The notes below the pieces were generated by a model. It saw only the letters and a program-made list of their open reading frames with translations, had not been told where the DNA came from and did not search any database. Shown here piece by piece: positions 34,444 through 44,425 of a DNA stretch of 64,000 nucleotides. Every line of letters begins with the position of its first letter. Positions within the stretch are counted from its first letter, which is position 1. The position numbers and the translations under genes are program-made. The DNA is from Enterobacterales bacterium (lineage in GTDB: Bacteria; Pseudomonadota; Gammaproteobacteria; Enterobacterales; GCA-002770795), in contig JBFFIY010000004.1 of assembly GCA_041556195.1 (NCBI GenBank), positions 5,646 through 69,645 on the forward strand, in the 5' to 3' direction.

Positions 34444-37368
34444 TTAACTCAAAGGAGAAAATAAAGATTCGATATCATCCATGCTAAATGAAATTTTTGA
34501 TTGGGCTTTTTCATCTAAAATGGCCTCATAAAGCTGACGTTTTTTATCTTGCAAAGCTTGAATTTTTTCTTCGACGGAATTTTTACATATCAAGCGATAG
34601 ACAAAAACAGGTTTATCCTGACCAATACGATGTGCTCTATCGGTTGCCTGATTTTCGACAGCAGGATTCCACCAGGGATCATAATGGATCACAGTGTCGG
34701 CCGCCGTAAGGTTAAGCCCTGTTCCTCCAGCTTTTAAACTAATTAAAAAAACTGGTACATCTCCATTTTGAAATTGGTCAATAACCGTTTGTCTATCTCG
34801 TGTGCTTCCAGTTAAGATCACATGAGGAATATTTCTTTGTCTCAATGCGGCTGCAATAATGGAGAGCATTTGTGTGAACTGTGAAAATAGTAAAACTTTT
34901 CTACCTTCTTCTTGCATCTCGCTTAGCATGGACATTAACATATCTAATTTGGCAGAGTGTTTAATTGATTGTGCTGACTGCAATTTGACTAAACGCGGAT
35001 GACAGCATAGTTGTCTGAGCTTTAATAAAGCATCTAAAATAACGAGCTGGCTTTTATTTAAGCCCTGTTCTTTTATCGCTGATTGTACCCTTTGATGCAT
35101 GGCCAGTCTTATTGTCTCATATAGATCTTGCTGATCTTCGTAAAGGGTAACAGTATTGTTGATTTCTGTTTTTGGTGGTAATTCCAGTGCGACTTCCTGT
35201 TTTCTTCTGCGCAGTAGAAAAGGTAAAATTCGGCTAGATAGAGCTTGCTGTCTATCTATATCAGAATTTTGTTCAATTGGTTTTCTATAAATTCGTTGAA
35301 ATGCCCTATGACTGCCTAAAAAGCCAGGAGATACCACATCAAACAAAGACCATAATTCACTTAAATGGTTTTCCATGGGGGTACCCGTTAAGGCAATTTT
35401 ATTATCGGCATTAAGTTGTTTAATCATTTGGGTGGTTTTGGCTGCAGGATTTTTTAATGCCTGGGCTTCATCCAGAATAAGAACAGAAAAATGACTTTCA
35501 AATACATGATGCCAGTCGCGTCGAATTAAGGGATAGGAAGTAATGAGGACATCATGGTTTTTGGCATCCTGCCAAAGATGTTCTCTTCCTGCACCATGAA
35601 TGACAAGGGTTGAGAGTTTTGGAGAAAACATTGTTGCTTCATTTTGCCAGTTATATAATAAACTGGTGGGAGCTAACACTAAAGCGGGAGATTTAAGAGA
35701 ACCTGCCTGTTTGAGAAGATCCAGATGCGCCAATGTTTGGACGGTTTTTCCCAAGCCCATGTCATCAGCCAGAATGCCTCCCAGGCCCACTTTCTGTAGT
35801 AACTGTAACCAGTTAACACCGGTTTGTTGGTAATCTCTTAAGGTTGCTGTGAAGTGCTCTGTTGGAAGAACTGGGTCAATTGGTTCTTGCCCGATAAGTT
35901 GCAAAATAAGTTTGCGCCAGTCAAGACCAGTTCTCCAATCAACCTCGATACTTTTTTCAAGTTCTATCAACTGAGCAGCTTGGGTTTTATTAATAGTGAT
36001 TGCGAGAGATGATGGAGGTTTTTTATCAAAAAGTTCGAGCAATGTCCCCATAATTTTGGATACCAGCTTTCGCTCCAATGGTAATTGCCTTCCATCCGGC
36101 AGGCGAATTAATATATTTGCCTCTCCTTTTTTTGAAAGAGCCAGATTGATGGACTCCATCTGTTCTATCATTAAGGGGAGTAATTCAATATTGACTCCAT
36201 CGATCACAGCAGCTAATTGAAATCCAAACCAATCGTTTTTTTGAGTTTCTTCTACCTGTGCCATGACCTGTTCAGCTTTGGCTAATCTAAACTGAAAATG
36301 GGGAGAGGTGATCACCTTCCAGCCAGCTTTTTTTAATTCAGGTAGATCTTGTATCATAAAGTCAATCCAATCATCGGCAACAGGCAATGTTTTACGTTGA
36401 CTCTGATGAATAGCGCGAGTACGCCAACTTACTTTATCCAGGTTGTTGATGGCCAGCCGTTCCAGTTTTTTGTTTCGCGGATAACTAAAAATTTTATTTT
36501 CTTGAAAGATTCTGGCATCCACATCATGACAATCAAAATCAACCTCAGCATTTTGATAGCGCATCAATAAAGTTCCTGTATTTAGCCACAACTTTTCATC
36601 GTGGCGAGAGGGCGTTGAGTCCAGATAAATAGTAGGAACTGGTTCGCAGGACTGAGCAGAAAAAATGGGAATTTTTTTAGGCGCAGGCAAGCCAGCTAAA
36701 GAAAATGACTCTATTAGAGGGTTCGTTTTTTCTGGATCTAACCAACGATTAATAGGAAGATTTAAATGACTGATGTCTTTTTTTAGTGATAATTTGCCAA
36801 GGGTGCCTTCTCTTATATCCACGTAATGAGATAAGCAACTGTCTACATGTAAAGATTGGGAAGTTTGATTAGTTTGCCCATCATGTAATGACTGATGTGC
36901 AGAAGTCGTGTGCCAACTGGCTTTTTGTTGGCCTTTATTATTGATCGTCCAAAGCAATGATACAGGTTGTTCTTGTCCAGAAGCCAGGGCTTGTCCATAA
37001 AAAGTTTGAAAATGAAGACGATGGTTGCGAGTTAGTTGTCCTAAAATCTGGTTTCTATTTTCAGAAGTTAGTTGATTGAGGCGACCCTGTGCGTCTGACA
37101 AAGGCTGAAGAGCGACAATATCTTGCTGATCAGCCGCAGATGGATAATTTCCTTGCTGAACACGTAGCCAATCGAGCTTTTTAGGTTTTCCAATCACACC
37201 TGAAAAACTGACTCTCGCCTGGTGGATAGTGATAAACCAACCCTGTTCATCGATTTCCAACAAGTAAAGTAACCGATAACTGGTACGACTGCTGGCTTCA
37301 CGTGTGGTCAAAGGACCATCGTTGCGCATACCAAGCATCCATTGTGAAAGTTGTGAGGATTTATCCAC
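34444..37368 (-). CDS. SNF2-family helicase/translocase with a ~500-aa uncharacterised N-terminal region
   Basis: C-terminal motifs: DDMGLGKTVQ, LILDEAQALKN, LTGTPMENHL and GGTGLNLTAADTVIHYDPWWNPAVENQATDRAHRIGQ. Confidence 0.9.
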   Translation of the reverse strand: MDKSSQLSQWMLGMRNDGPLTTREASSRTSYRLLYLLEIDEQGWFITIHQARVSFSGVIGKPKKLDWLRVQQGNYPSAADQQDIVALQPLSDAQGRLNQLTSENRNQILGQLTRNHRLHFQTFYGQALASGQEQPVSLLWTINNKGQQKASWHTTSAHQSLHDGQTNQTSQSLHVDSCLSHYVDIREGTLGKLSLKKDISHLNLPINRWLDPEKTNPLIESFSLAGLPAPKKIPIFSAQSCEPVPTIYLDSTPSRHDEKLWLNTGTLLMRYQNAEVDFDCHDVDARIFQENKIFSYPRNKKLERLAINNLDKVSWRTRAIHQSQRKTLPVADDWIDFMIQDLPELKKAGWKVITSPHFQFRLAKAEQVMAQVEETQKNDWFGFQLAAVIDGVNIELLPLMIEQMESINLALSKKGEANILIRLPDGRQLPLERKLVSKIMGTLLELFDKKPPSSLAITINKTQAAQLIELEKSIEVDWRTGLDWRKLILQLIGQEPIDPVLPTEHFTATLRDYQQTGVNWLQLLQKVGLGGILADDMGLGKTVQTLAHLDLLKQAGSLKSPALVLAPTSLLYNWQNEATMFSPKLSTLVIHGAGREHLWQDAKNHDVLITSYPLIRRDWHHVFESHFSVLILDEAQALKNPAAKTTQMIKQLNADNKIALTGTPMENHLSELWSLFDVVSPGFLGSHRAFQRIYRKPIEQNSDIDRQQALSSRILPFLLRRRKQEVALELPPKTEINNTVTLYEDQQDLYETIRLAMHQRVQSAIKEQGLNKSQLVILDALLKLRQLCCHPRLVKLQSAQSIKHSAKLDMLMSMLSEMQEEGRKVLLFSQFTQMLSIIAAALRQRNIPHVILTGSTRDRQTVIDQFQNGDVPVFLISLKAGGTGLNLTAADTVIHYDPWWNPAVENQATDRAHRIGQDKPVFVYRLICKNSVEEKIQALQDKKRQLYEAILDEKAQSKISFSMDDIESLFSPLS

Positions 37369-37537
37369 GAATTAACTGCTGAGTAAGATGACGAATAGCG
37401 GATTATAACATGGCTTTTTATCGATGGCTTTCTAAAGTCAGGAATTTTTTTTAAAGTCGAATGATTTTTAGGTTAATGTTCTAGTACAATACAACATCAT
37501 AGGCATAACATAAATTTATAATATTCGGAGCACATAA

Positions 37538-38746
37538 ATGAATGATCTGACTCATCAGCTTGAGTTGATTCAACGGGGTACTGACGAAATTGTACCGATG
37601 GAAGAGTTGGAATTACGTTTGAAAGAAAATCGACCACTTAGAATTAAGGCTGGTTTTGATCCTACAGCTCCCGATTTGCATTTGGGTCATACTGTATTGA
37701 TCAACAAAATGCGCCAGCTCCAAACACTCGGCCATGAGGTTATTTTTCTTATTGGAGATTTTACCGGAAGAATTGGTGATCCCACAGGAAAAAACATCAC
37801 TCGAAAACCTTTGTCTGAAGAAGATGTTAGAGCCAATGCGGAAACCTATAAACAACAGGTTTTTAAAATTCTTGATCCTGAAAAAACAGAAATACGCTTT
37901 AATTCTGAATGGATGAATGCGATGTCATCTGTCGATATGGTTCAGCTCATGCAAAAATATACAGTTGCAAGAATACTGGAGCGTGATGATTTTGCCAAGC
38001 GTTATAAAAGCTCTCAACCTATTGCCCTACACGAATTTTTATACCCTTTGGTGCAGGGGTATGACTCTGTGGCGCTTAAATCTGATATAGAACTTGGCGG
38101 AACCGATCAAAAATTCAACTTGTTGGTAGGACGAGATCTGCAAAGGAGTTATGGACAAAAAGGACAGATCATCTTGACCATGCCTATTCTTGAAGGTTTA
38201 GATGGTGTACAAAAAATGTCAAAATCATTGGGTAACTACGTTGGTATTAACGATGCTCCCGATGAGATGTTTGGTAAATTGATGTCCATCTCAGATGAGA
38301 TTATGTGGCGTTACTTTGAATTATTAAGCTTTCGTCCAACTAAAGAGATTGAACAATTACAAGAACAAGTCGAGCAAGGTCGTAACCCACGAGATGTTAA
38401 ATTTGAACTCTGTCAGGAACTCGTTGCACGCTTTCATGATGAAAGTGCAGCGAAAAAGGCACAGGACAATTTTATTGCACGTTTCCAGAAAGGAGCGATG
38501 CCAGATAATATTGCATCAATTGAGTTGGTGGTTGCCAGTGATCAAGGCAGTGCTATTGCTAATATCCTCAAACAAGCCAATCTGTGTTCCAGTACTTCTG
38601 ACGCAATGCGCATGATTAAACAGGGCGCTGTTAAAGTCGATGGAGAAAAACTGAGTGATCCTAAAATGGAATTTGCCTTGGGGACAAAAGCTATATTTCA
38701 GGTCGGAAAACGTAAATTTGCTAAAATTACATTAGTTAAAGCCTGA
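37538..38746 (+). CDS. tyrS: Tyrosine--tRNA ligase (type 2, ~400 aa form)
   Basis: HIGH-type motif DLHLGH, KMSKS, and a C-terminal S4-like domain. Confidence 0.95.
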   Translation: MNDLTHQLELIQRGTDEIVPMEELELRLKENRPLRIKAGFDPTAPDLHLGHTVLINKMRQLQTLGHEVIFLIGDFTGRIGDPTGKNITRKPLSEEDVRANAETYKQQVFKILDPEKTEIRFNSEWMNAMSSVDMVQLMQKYTVARILERDDFAKRYKSSQPIALHEFLYPLVQGYDSVALKSDIELGGTDQKFNLLVGRDLQRSYGQKGQIILTMPILEGLDGVQKMSKSLGNYVGINDAPDEMFGKLMSISDEIMWRYFELLSFRPTKEIEQLQEQVEQGRNPRDVKFELCQELVARFHDESAAKKAQDNFIARFQKGAMPDNIASIELVVASDQGSAIANILKQANLCSSTSDAMRMIKQGAVKVDGEKLSDPKMEFALGTKAIFQVGKRKFAKITLVKA

Positions 38747-38862
38747 ATATTCTGGGAAATAACCATTATTTTTGATTATAACAAGGATCAGAGTTGAATC
38801 TACCTTTACAAACGCTATGCTAAAAGGAAGCAATCCTTTTAATACCGTAGGGTAATGTTGAA

Positions 38863-41265
38863 GTGATACTTGCATTAATCAACAATGTTGAGCGATACCA
38901 GTTCCTGTTTAAACAGTTAGGCAGGCAACCTATACCTGTTGTAATTTTTGAATCTGTTTCAAAAATACAACGATGGTTGGAATTAAATCAGGAGCCAAAA
39001 GGATTATTGGTTGATTGTTCAACACCGGTATTTGAAGATTTTCTGATACGTTTTACATTGCAACATACCGACATACCAGCTCTTTTATTATCTGACCAAA
39101 CAGAAGATCAGCTGGATCTCAGATCACGCTTATTTGTTGAACGGTTAAATAGAAAACATACCATCATTGATCGGGGGCGGTTATTACTGGTTGATGATTC
39201 TAAAACAATCCGAATACGCTATAAAAAAATACTGGAAGCCGATGGTTTTCAGGTTGATCTTGCGCAAGATGCCGAACAAGGACTACAGAAAGCCCTGCAT
39301 GGTCATTATGATTTGGCGATCATCGATTATTTTATGCCTGGTGATAATGGAGCTCAGCTTTGTCAAAAACTTCAAGCTCACGAAGATACCTCAGAATTAG
39401 TCTGTTCAATATTAACAGGTCAATATGAAGAATCAATTGTTGATGAATGTCTTAAAGCCGGTGCACGAGAGTGTATGTTTAAAAATGAGTCGATTGAGCT
39501 TTTTCGAGCAAGAGTTACGGCTCTACATCGCTCACTCCAACGCAAACAACAAATAGAAAAAGAACGATCACGATTAATTGGCTTATTAGACTCTGTGGCT
39601 GAAGGTGTGTATGGAGTTACATCTGATGGCCGTATCCAGTTTGTTAATCCGGCTACATTAAGACTGCTGGGTTGTTCAGTAGTTGATCTATTAGGTCGTT
39701 ATCCTCATGACTGTATCCATCCTGTTGATAGCGGAGGACAACCGACTTCTGCAGAGATGTGTTTCTTACAGCAAGCTTATTTGTTCGGTGATGAGTTACG
39801 CGAATGGAGAACATTGTTTAGCAGGGCGGATGGTTCCTTATTTCCAGTGGAATGTAGTGTAACTTTGCAGGGGGATAATACTGAAGATACAGAAGAAAAT
39901 GAAGGAACAGTCGTTGTATTTAGAGATATTTCAGAGCAAAAAAAATTAGAAAAAAACTGGCAATGGCAACTAAATCATGACCACTTAACTGGTTTATTAA
40001 ACCGAAATGCCTTCGAAGAAATTCTGGAAAAAGAATTAGGTCGAGTTAAAAGAAGTCGAGAACCTTCACTTATCTTATTTATTGATTTAGACCGTTTTAA
40101 AGTAATTAATGATGAATTAGGACATGCCGCTGGCGATCAACTACTGGTGAATCTGGCTGAGCAGCTAAAAAATCGTGCAAGAAATACGGATCAGGTCGCT
40201 CGCTTATCAGGTGATGAGTTTGTGGTGTTATTAAGCAGTGTTTCCAGAGGTGAGTTGGAAGAGCTAGCAGAAAAATATCGCCTACTATTAGAACAAACGA
40301 CTCTTCAATGGAAAGGAAAAGAATATAAAGTTACCGGTTCTGTAGGCGTCGCTATTCTTGATCGAGAGTCGGGTTCATTGATTGAAATGTTAGCCAGAGC
40401 AGACTTGGCATGCCAGCAAGCTAAACAGAAGGGGCGTAACCAATGGGCTTTATATAGTAAAAATGCTGAAGCTCAAACCCAGCAAGGTAATTGGCATCAG
40501 AGATTAAATTCGGCCATTGAAAATAATAATTTCACCCTGTTAGAACAACCTGTTTTTGATGCCGTTAATGTTTCGGAACAGGTAGGCTCAGAGTGCTTGT
40601 TACGGTTAAAAGAAGGTATGGCTTTTATTGCTCCAACTCTTTTTATGTCGAATGCTAAAAGATTTGGATTGATGTTGAAAATTGATAGGTTGATGATTGA
40701 TAACTTAGTAGAATATTGCCAAAAATTTATTCAAAATGACAAGCTGGTTTCACAAAAAAAACAACCACCAGACAAGCAGTTGACAGTGAAACAGTGGTTT
40801 TCAGTTAATCTCTCAGTTGAGTCCCTGTCCAATGAGGTTTTTAGAAATGAATTGCCAGATGTTTGGAAAGACTCTGGTTTAACAAATTCTCAATTGGTGA
40901 TAGAAATAGAAGAAGAAGAATTATTTAAATTTCCTGATTGGCAGCAGTGTTTAGCTCAATTGAGACAGAAAGGATTTAGAATTGCTATCGATCACTTTGG
41001 TATGAGTATTCAATCTTTATTGAATTTACCGCAAATGCCAGTGGATATCATAAAACTTGATACGGCATTGACTCGTGATTTGGCTGCTAACCTGGCAAGA
41101 AGTAACCTGATTGATGCTATAGTGACCACTGCCAAACAGAACAAAGTAGATACTATTGCCCTACATGTTGAAACAGCTGAAGAATTGGATTTATTACAGG
41201 CTCGTTCAATAAATTTTATTCAAGGATTTTATTTAGGGAAACCCATAGAGTTTGATAAGAATTAG
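38863..41265 (+). CDS. REC-PAS-GGDEF-EAL c-di-GMP signalling protein
   Basis: Receiver LLLVDDS...LAIIDYFMPG; a PAS-like segment; a GGDEF domain with the variant SGDEF and an RNTD I-site; an EAL domain with the variant ECL but conserved N (SVNLS), EIEE, DHFG, KLD and QGF residues. GTG start. Confidence 0.85.
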   Translation: MILALINNVERYQFLFKQLGRQPIPVVIFESVSKIQRWLELNQEPKGLLVDCSTPVFEDFLIRFTLQHTDIPALLLSDQTEDQLDLRSRLFVERLNRKHTIIDRGRLLLVDDSKTIRIRYKKILEADGFQVDLAQDAEQGLQKALHGHYDLAIIDYFMPGDNGAQLCQKLQAHEDTSELVCSILTGQYEESIVDECLKAGARECMFKNESIELFRARVTALHRSLQRKQQIEKERSRLIGLLDSVAEGVYGVTSDGRIQFVNPATLRLLGCSVVDLLGRYPHDCIHPVDSGGQPTSAEMCFLQQAYLFGDELREWRTLFSRADGSLFPVECSVTLQGDNTEDTEENEGTVVVFRDISEQKKLEKNWQWQLNHDHLTGLLNRNAFEEILEKELGRVKRSREPSLILFIDLDRFKVINDELGHAAGDQLLVNLAEQLKNRARNTDQVARLSGDEFVVLLSSVSRGELEELAEKYRLLLEQTTLQWKGKEYKVTGSVGVAILDRESGSLIEMLARADLACQQAKQKGRNQWALYSKNAEAQTQQGNWHQRLNSAIENNNFTLLEQPVFDAVNVSEQVGSECLLRLKEGMAFIAPTLFMSNAKRFGLMLKIDRLMIDNLVEYCQKFIQNDKLVSQKKQPPDKQLTVKQWFSVNLSVESLSNEVFRNELPDVWKDSGLTNSQLVIEIEEEELFKFPDWQQCLAQLRQKGFRIAIDHFGMSIQSLLNLPQMPVDIIKLDTALTRDLAANLARSNLIDAIVTTAKQNKVDTIALHVETAEELDLLQARSINFIQGFYLGKPIEFDKN

Positions 41266-41279
41266 GTGCGAGATGCGAG

Positions 41280-42404
41280 TTATTGTGGAAGGTAAACTCC
41301 GCCCAAAATAGCCTCTCTTGACGCACCGGTTGCAGACATCATATTACCTGTTTGTTGGTTTAATCGTTGCATGGCTAACCAGGCGAAAGCTGCAGCTTCA
41401 ACCTGATCGGGATCTAAGCCTAACACCCGAGTTGTAACAACGTTTTGTTTTAAGTGAAGTCCAATTCTTTCTACCAGATATTGGTTATGGCAACCACCTC
41501 CACATAGATAAATTTCCGTCTGAGTACCTTGCATAATATTCTTAATTCCATCACAGATACTAATGGCGGTAAGTTCCGTCAATGTCGTTTGAATATCCAG
41601 GACAGAGATAGAATCAAAATGACTTAAGTATTGTTCTAACCAGTTAACATTAAAATATTCAGGCCCGGTGCTTTTTGGAGGTTCTTGTGAAAAGTAGTTA
41701 TCATCTAACAGGGAATTTAATAGAGGTTTGTTTATAGTACCCCCTCTTGCCCAATTTCCATTGTGATCAAATTGACCTTTTTGATGTTGCTGAAACCAAT
41801 GATCCAGTAAGGTATTTCCGGGACCCAGATCATAACCTTTAGCAGTATTTGAGTTGGATCCTAAAAAGGTTAAATTAGCAATACCACCAATATTAATTAG
41901 TGCTCTATCAATTTGTTTGTCCGCAAATGCATAATGATGAAAAGCGGGAACTAATGGGGCACCTTGACCACCCAGGGCAATATCCTTTCGCCTGAAATCT
42001 GCAACCACGGTGATCCCGGTTTCAACCGCTAATTTAGCAGGGTCAATAAGTTGCACTGAATAACCTGGTTGATCATGCAAACTGGCACAGTGGCGAATAG
42101 TTTGCCCATGAACGCCTATGGCAGAAATGTCAGTTGCTTTAATGTTAGCGTGCTCTAATAAGGCTTGAACCGTATGTGCATATTCAATTGCAAGTTGCTG
42201 TTCTGCAATAGCCATGCGATGAACTTCATTTTCTCCAGCTTGTGTGAGCGACTTTAATTGTTGATAAAGATTGTCAGAAAAAGGGCAGAACTTTGTAGCC
42301 AGGGTCTTCATGGGATTTGAAAATTCCATGAGTATTGCATCAATGCCATCAAGGCTGGTGCCAGACATTAGACCGATAAATAACTTATCTGAGGCTGGAG
42401 TCAT
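41280..42404 (-). CDS. anmK: Anhydro-N-acetylmuramic acid kinase
   Basis: 374 aa. GLMSGTSLDGIDA at the N-terminus is typical of AnmK. Confidence 0.9.
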   Translation of the reverse strand: MTPASDKLFIGLMSGTSLDGIDAILMEFSNPMKTLATKFCPFSDNLYQQLKSLTQAGENEVHRMAIAEQQLAIEYAHTVQALLEHANIKATDISAIGVHGQTIRHCASLHDQPGYSVQLIDPAKLAVETGITVVADFRRKDIALGGQGAPLVPAFHHYAFADKQIDRALINIGGIANLTFLGSNSNTAKGYDLGPGNTLLDHWFQQHQKGQFDHNGNWARGGTINKPLLNSLLDDNYFSQEPPKSTGPEYFNVNWLEQYLSHFDSISVLDIQTTLTELTAISICDGIKNIMQGTQTEIYLCGGGCHNQYLVERIGLHLKQNVVTTRVLGLDPDQVEAAAFAWLAMQRLNQQTGNMMSATGASREAILGGVYLPQ

Positions 42405-42442
42405 ATTATTGGATGTCCGTCATGCTAGTTGATAACTGACAG

Positions 42443-43954
42443 TTAAGGAGAGGCTGATGAAGAGGGTGATTTAGAACCTATTGAGGCCAGGTAGAATCTT
42501 TCCTCCATATTTAATCTGGCAATCAGTGGTTGTGATTGTTTCTTAAAGTTACTTTTTTCTTTCTTAGGAATAGGTTTAGCCTGTGGCAGTTTTATGGTTC
42601 GAGGATTTCGATAAACACCGTTTACCAAAAAGGCATAATGTAAATGCGGTGCTTCGGCGAGTCCAGTTGCTCCCACTAAACCAATTACCTGCCCTTGTTT
42701 TACCCTTTGACCTTTTTTAACTTTTCTTTTAGAAAAATGAAGATATTTTGTGACATATTTTTCACCATGCTGAATAAAAACATAATTCCCATTATATTTA
42801 TTATAAGCAGATTTAATCACCTTGCCATCACCAGCTGCATAAACCGGAGTGCCTTTTCTGGCACTGTAGTCAACACCTTCATGGGCTTTATAGCGTTTTA
42901 AAATAGGATGAAAACGGCGCTTTTTAAAACTGGAAACAATGTAACGAAAGTTCACTGGATTTCTTAAAAAAGCTTTGCGCATACTTAAACCATCAGGGGT
43001 GTAGTAATTGCTATTGTCTTTTGCATCGGTGTAGAGAATGGCTTTAAATGCTTCACCTCTATTGATAAATTCGGCTGCTAAAATAGCACCATTTCCAATA
43101 AATTCGCCATCAACATAGCGCTTTTCATAAAGCACATTAAAACGATCTCCTTTGCGTAAATCTAAAGCAAAATCAATATCCCAACCAAAGATATGTGCCA
43201 GTTGCATAATCAAACTGTCACTCAATCCAGCTTTTTTTCCATCTAAATAAAGGGAACTTTCAATCTGCCCTTTAATCATGGATTGTTCAATATCTACCTG
43301 CTGAGTAAACAGACGGCTATGGTAGGTTTTGTTGCTATAACCAGAGAGCTTATTATCAGACTTGTTCGCATCATCTCTAAGAGTGACTATCAAAGTGGTT
43401 AATTCATCAATAGGATAACGCAGTTCAGACAGAATATTGTTTATGTCTTTTGTTATCTTTAACGTTTGGCCTGGGATCAGCTTTTTTAAAGTGGCAACGG
43501 ATTTGCCCAGTTTCATCAAACGATGCAGTTCTTTTGCAGGAATAGAATTTTGCTGAAAAATACGCGCCAGACTATCACCAGATTTTATGCGGACGGTTGT
43601 GGAATTCAATTGGGGTTCAACTACCATTTCAGGAAGTTCAGTTTGATCAAACTCTAACTCAAGTCGGTGTCTTTTCGATAGCTCAATTATGGGAAGAGTT
43701 TCTTTAGAAAGTTCGTTTAGAGAAGTTTTTTGTTGGGACAGTTTGCTCTGAGATAGTTGTGTAGAGATAGTGACAGTTTCAGGTTGTGCTGTGGCAACTG
43801 CCTGGCTCTGTTCGCCTGAAAAAAGAGAGAACATTAAGATGATAAAACCGATGACAGAAGTTGCCACTGCCATATGAAATCGACCAGGTAAACGTCTGTT
43901 GAGTTTCTCCTGACCAAGTTTCAAATGAGTTGTTTTGTAATCCTGTTTAAGCAT
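42443..43954 (-). CDS. M23-family murein endopeptidase with an OapA/LysM-like N-terminal region (MepM/YebA-like)
   Basis: HEGVDYSA and HLHYAF zinc-ligand motifs, plus an N-terminal transmembrane segment. Confidence 0.85.
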   Translation of the reverse strand: MLKQDYKTTHLKLGQEKLNRRLPGRFHMAVATSVIGFIILMFSLFSGEQSQAVATAQPETVTISTQLSQSKLSQQKTSLNELSKETLPIIELSKRHRLELEFDQTELPEMVVEPQLNSTTVRIKSGDSLARIFQQNSIPAKELHRLMKLGKSVATLKKLIPGQTLKITKDINNILSELRYPIDELTTLIVTLRDDANKSDNKLSGYSNKTYHSRLFTQQVDIEQSMIKGQIESSLYLDGKKAGLSDSLIMQLAHIFGWDIDFALDLRKGDRFNVLYEKRYVDGEFIGNGAILAAEFINRGEAFKAILYTDAKDNSNYYTPDGLSMRKAFLRNPVNFRYIVSSFKKRRFHPILKRYKAHEGVDYSARKGTPVYAAGDGKVIKSAYNKYNGNYVFIQHGEKYVTKYLHFSKRKVKKGQRVKQGQVIGLVGATGLAEAPHLHYAFLVNGVYRNPRTIKLPQAKPIPKKEKSNFKKQSQPLIARLNMEERFYLASIGSKSPSSSASP

Positions 43955-44025
43955 AAACCGAGAACATTGCTAGTATTAACCCTTATGTTACCCAAAAATT
44001 TCTTTTAATTCAATGAAGTGAAGCA

Positions 44026-44338
44026 TATACCCCTAATTATTCATTATGCCTGATTTCAGAGTGCTTGAGCTTTCTCAATTCGAGGCGCATTGATGAAGTA
44101 ATGGTTGTTCTCTTATAAATCAATGCAACAAAGAAGTGAGGAAGCTCAAGCACTTCTCCGATGGGTTTAAATTCACTTTATGCTTTGTTGTTGATTTTGC
44201 TAAGGGAATAACCATTGGCTGCAGGACGTAGGTACTTAGATTACGTCTGGAACTAGTAATCTGTGGCTGCAATCAACGCCGCGCCTAAAGCGAATTTAAA
44301 TCCCACTGAAACAGGCATAATGAATGATTAAGGGTATA
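44026..44338. mobile_element. MITE-like non-autonomous element (313 bp) with 27-bp terminal inverted repeats
   Basis: The left TIR is tatacccctaattattcattatgcctg (44026-44052). The reverse complement of the right TIR (44312-44338) is tatacccttaatcattcattatgcctg, giving 2 mismatches in 27. There is no ORF inside. The TIR sequence is the same as the dispersed hairpin repeat. Confidence 0.7.
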
Positions 44339-44369
44339 TAGATGATATGATAAATTATCTGTAATCTAA

Positions 44370-44408
44370 TATACCCCTAATCAGGCATAATGAATGATTA
44401 GGGGTATA
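44370..44408. repeat. REP-like hairpin repeat, family copy (perfect 14-bp stem)
   Basis: tatacccctaatca / ggcataatgaa / tgattaggggtata. It ends 17 nt before the yjbQ ATG. Confidence 0.85.
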
Positions 44409-44425
44409 TATCGAAGGGTGTCATC

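Noticed and set aside
34444-37368. SNF2 helicase as part of a phage-defence system (DISARM/BREX-like or similar)
   Set aside because: There is no adjacent methyltransferase, nuclease, PLD or DUF1998-type partner. The neighbours are a diguanylate cyclase and tyrS. Nothing in the sequence supports a defence operon.
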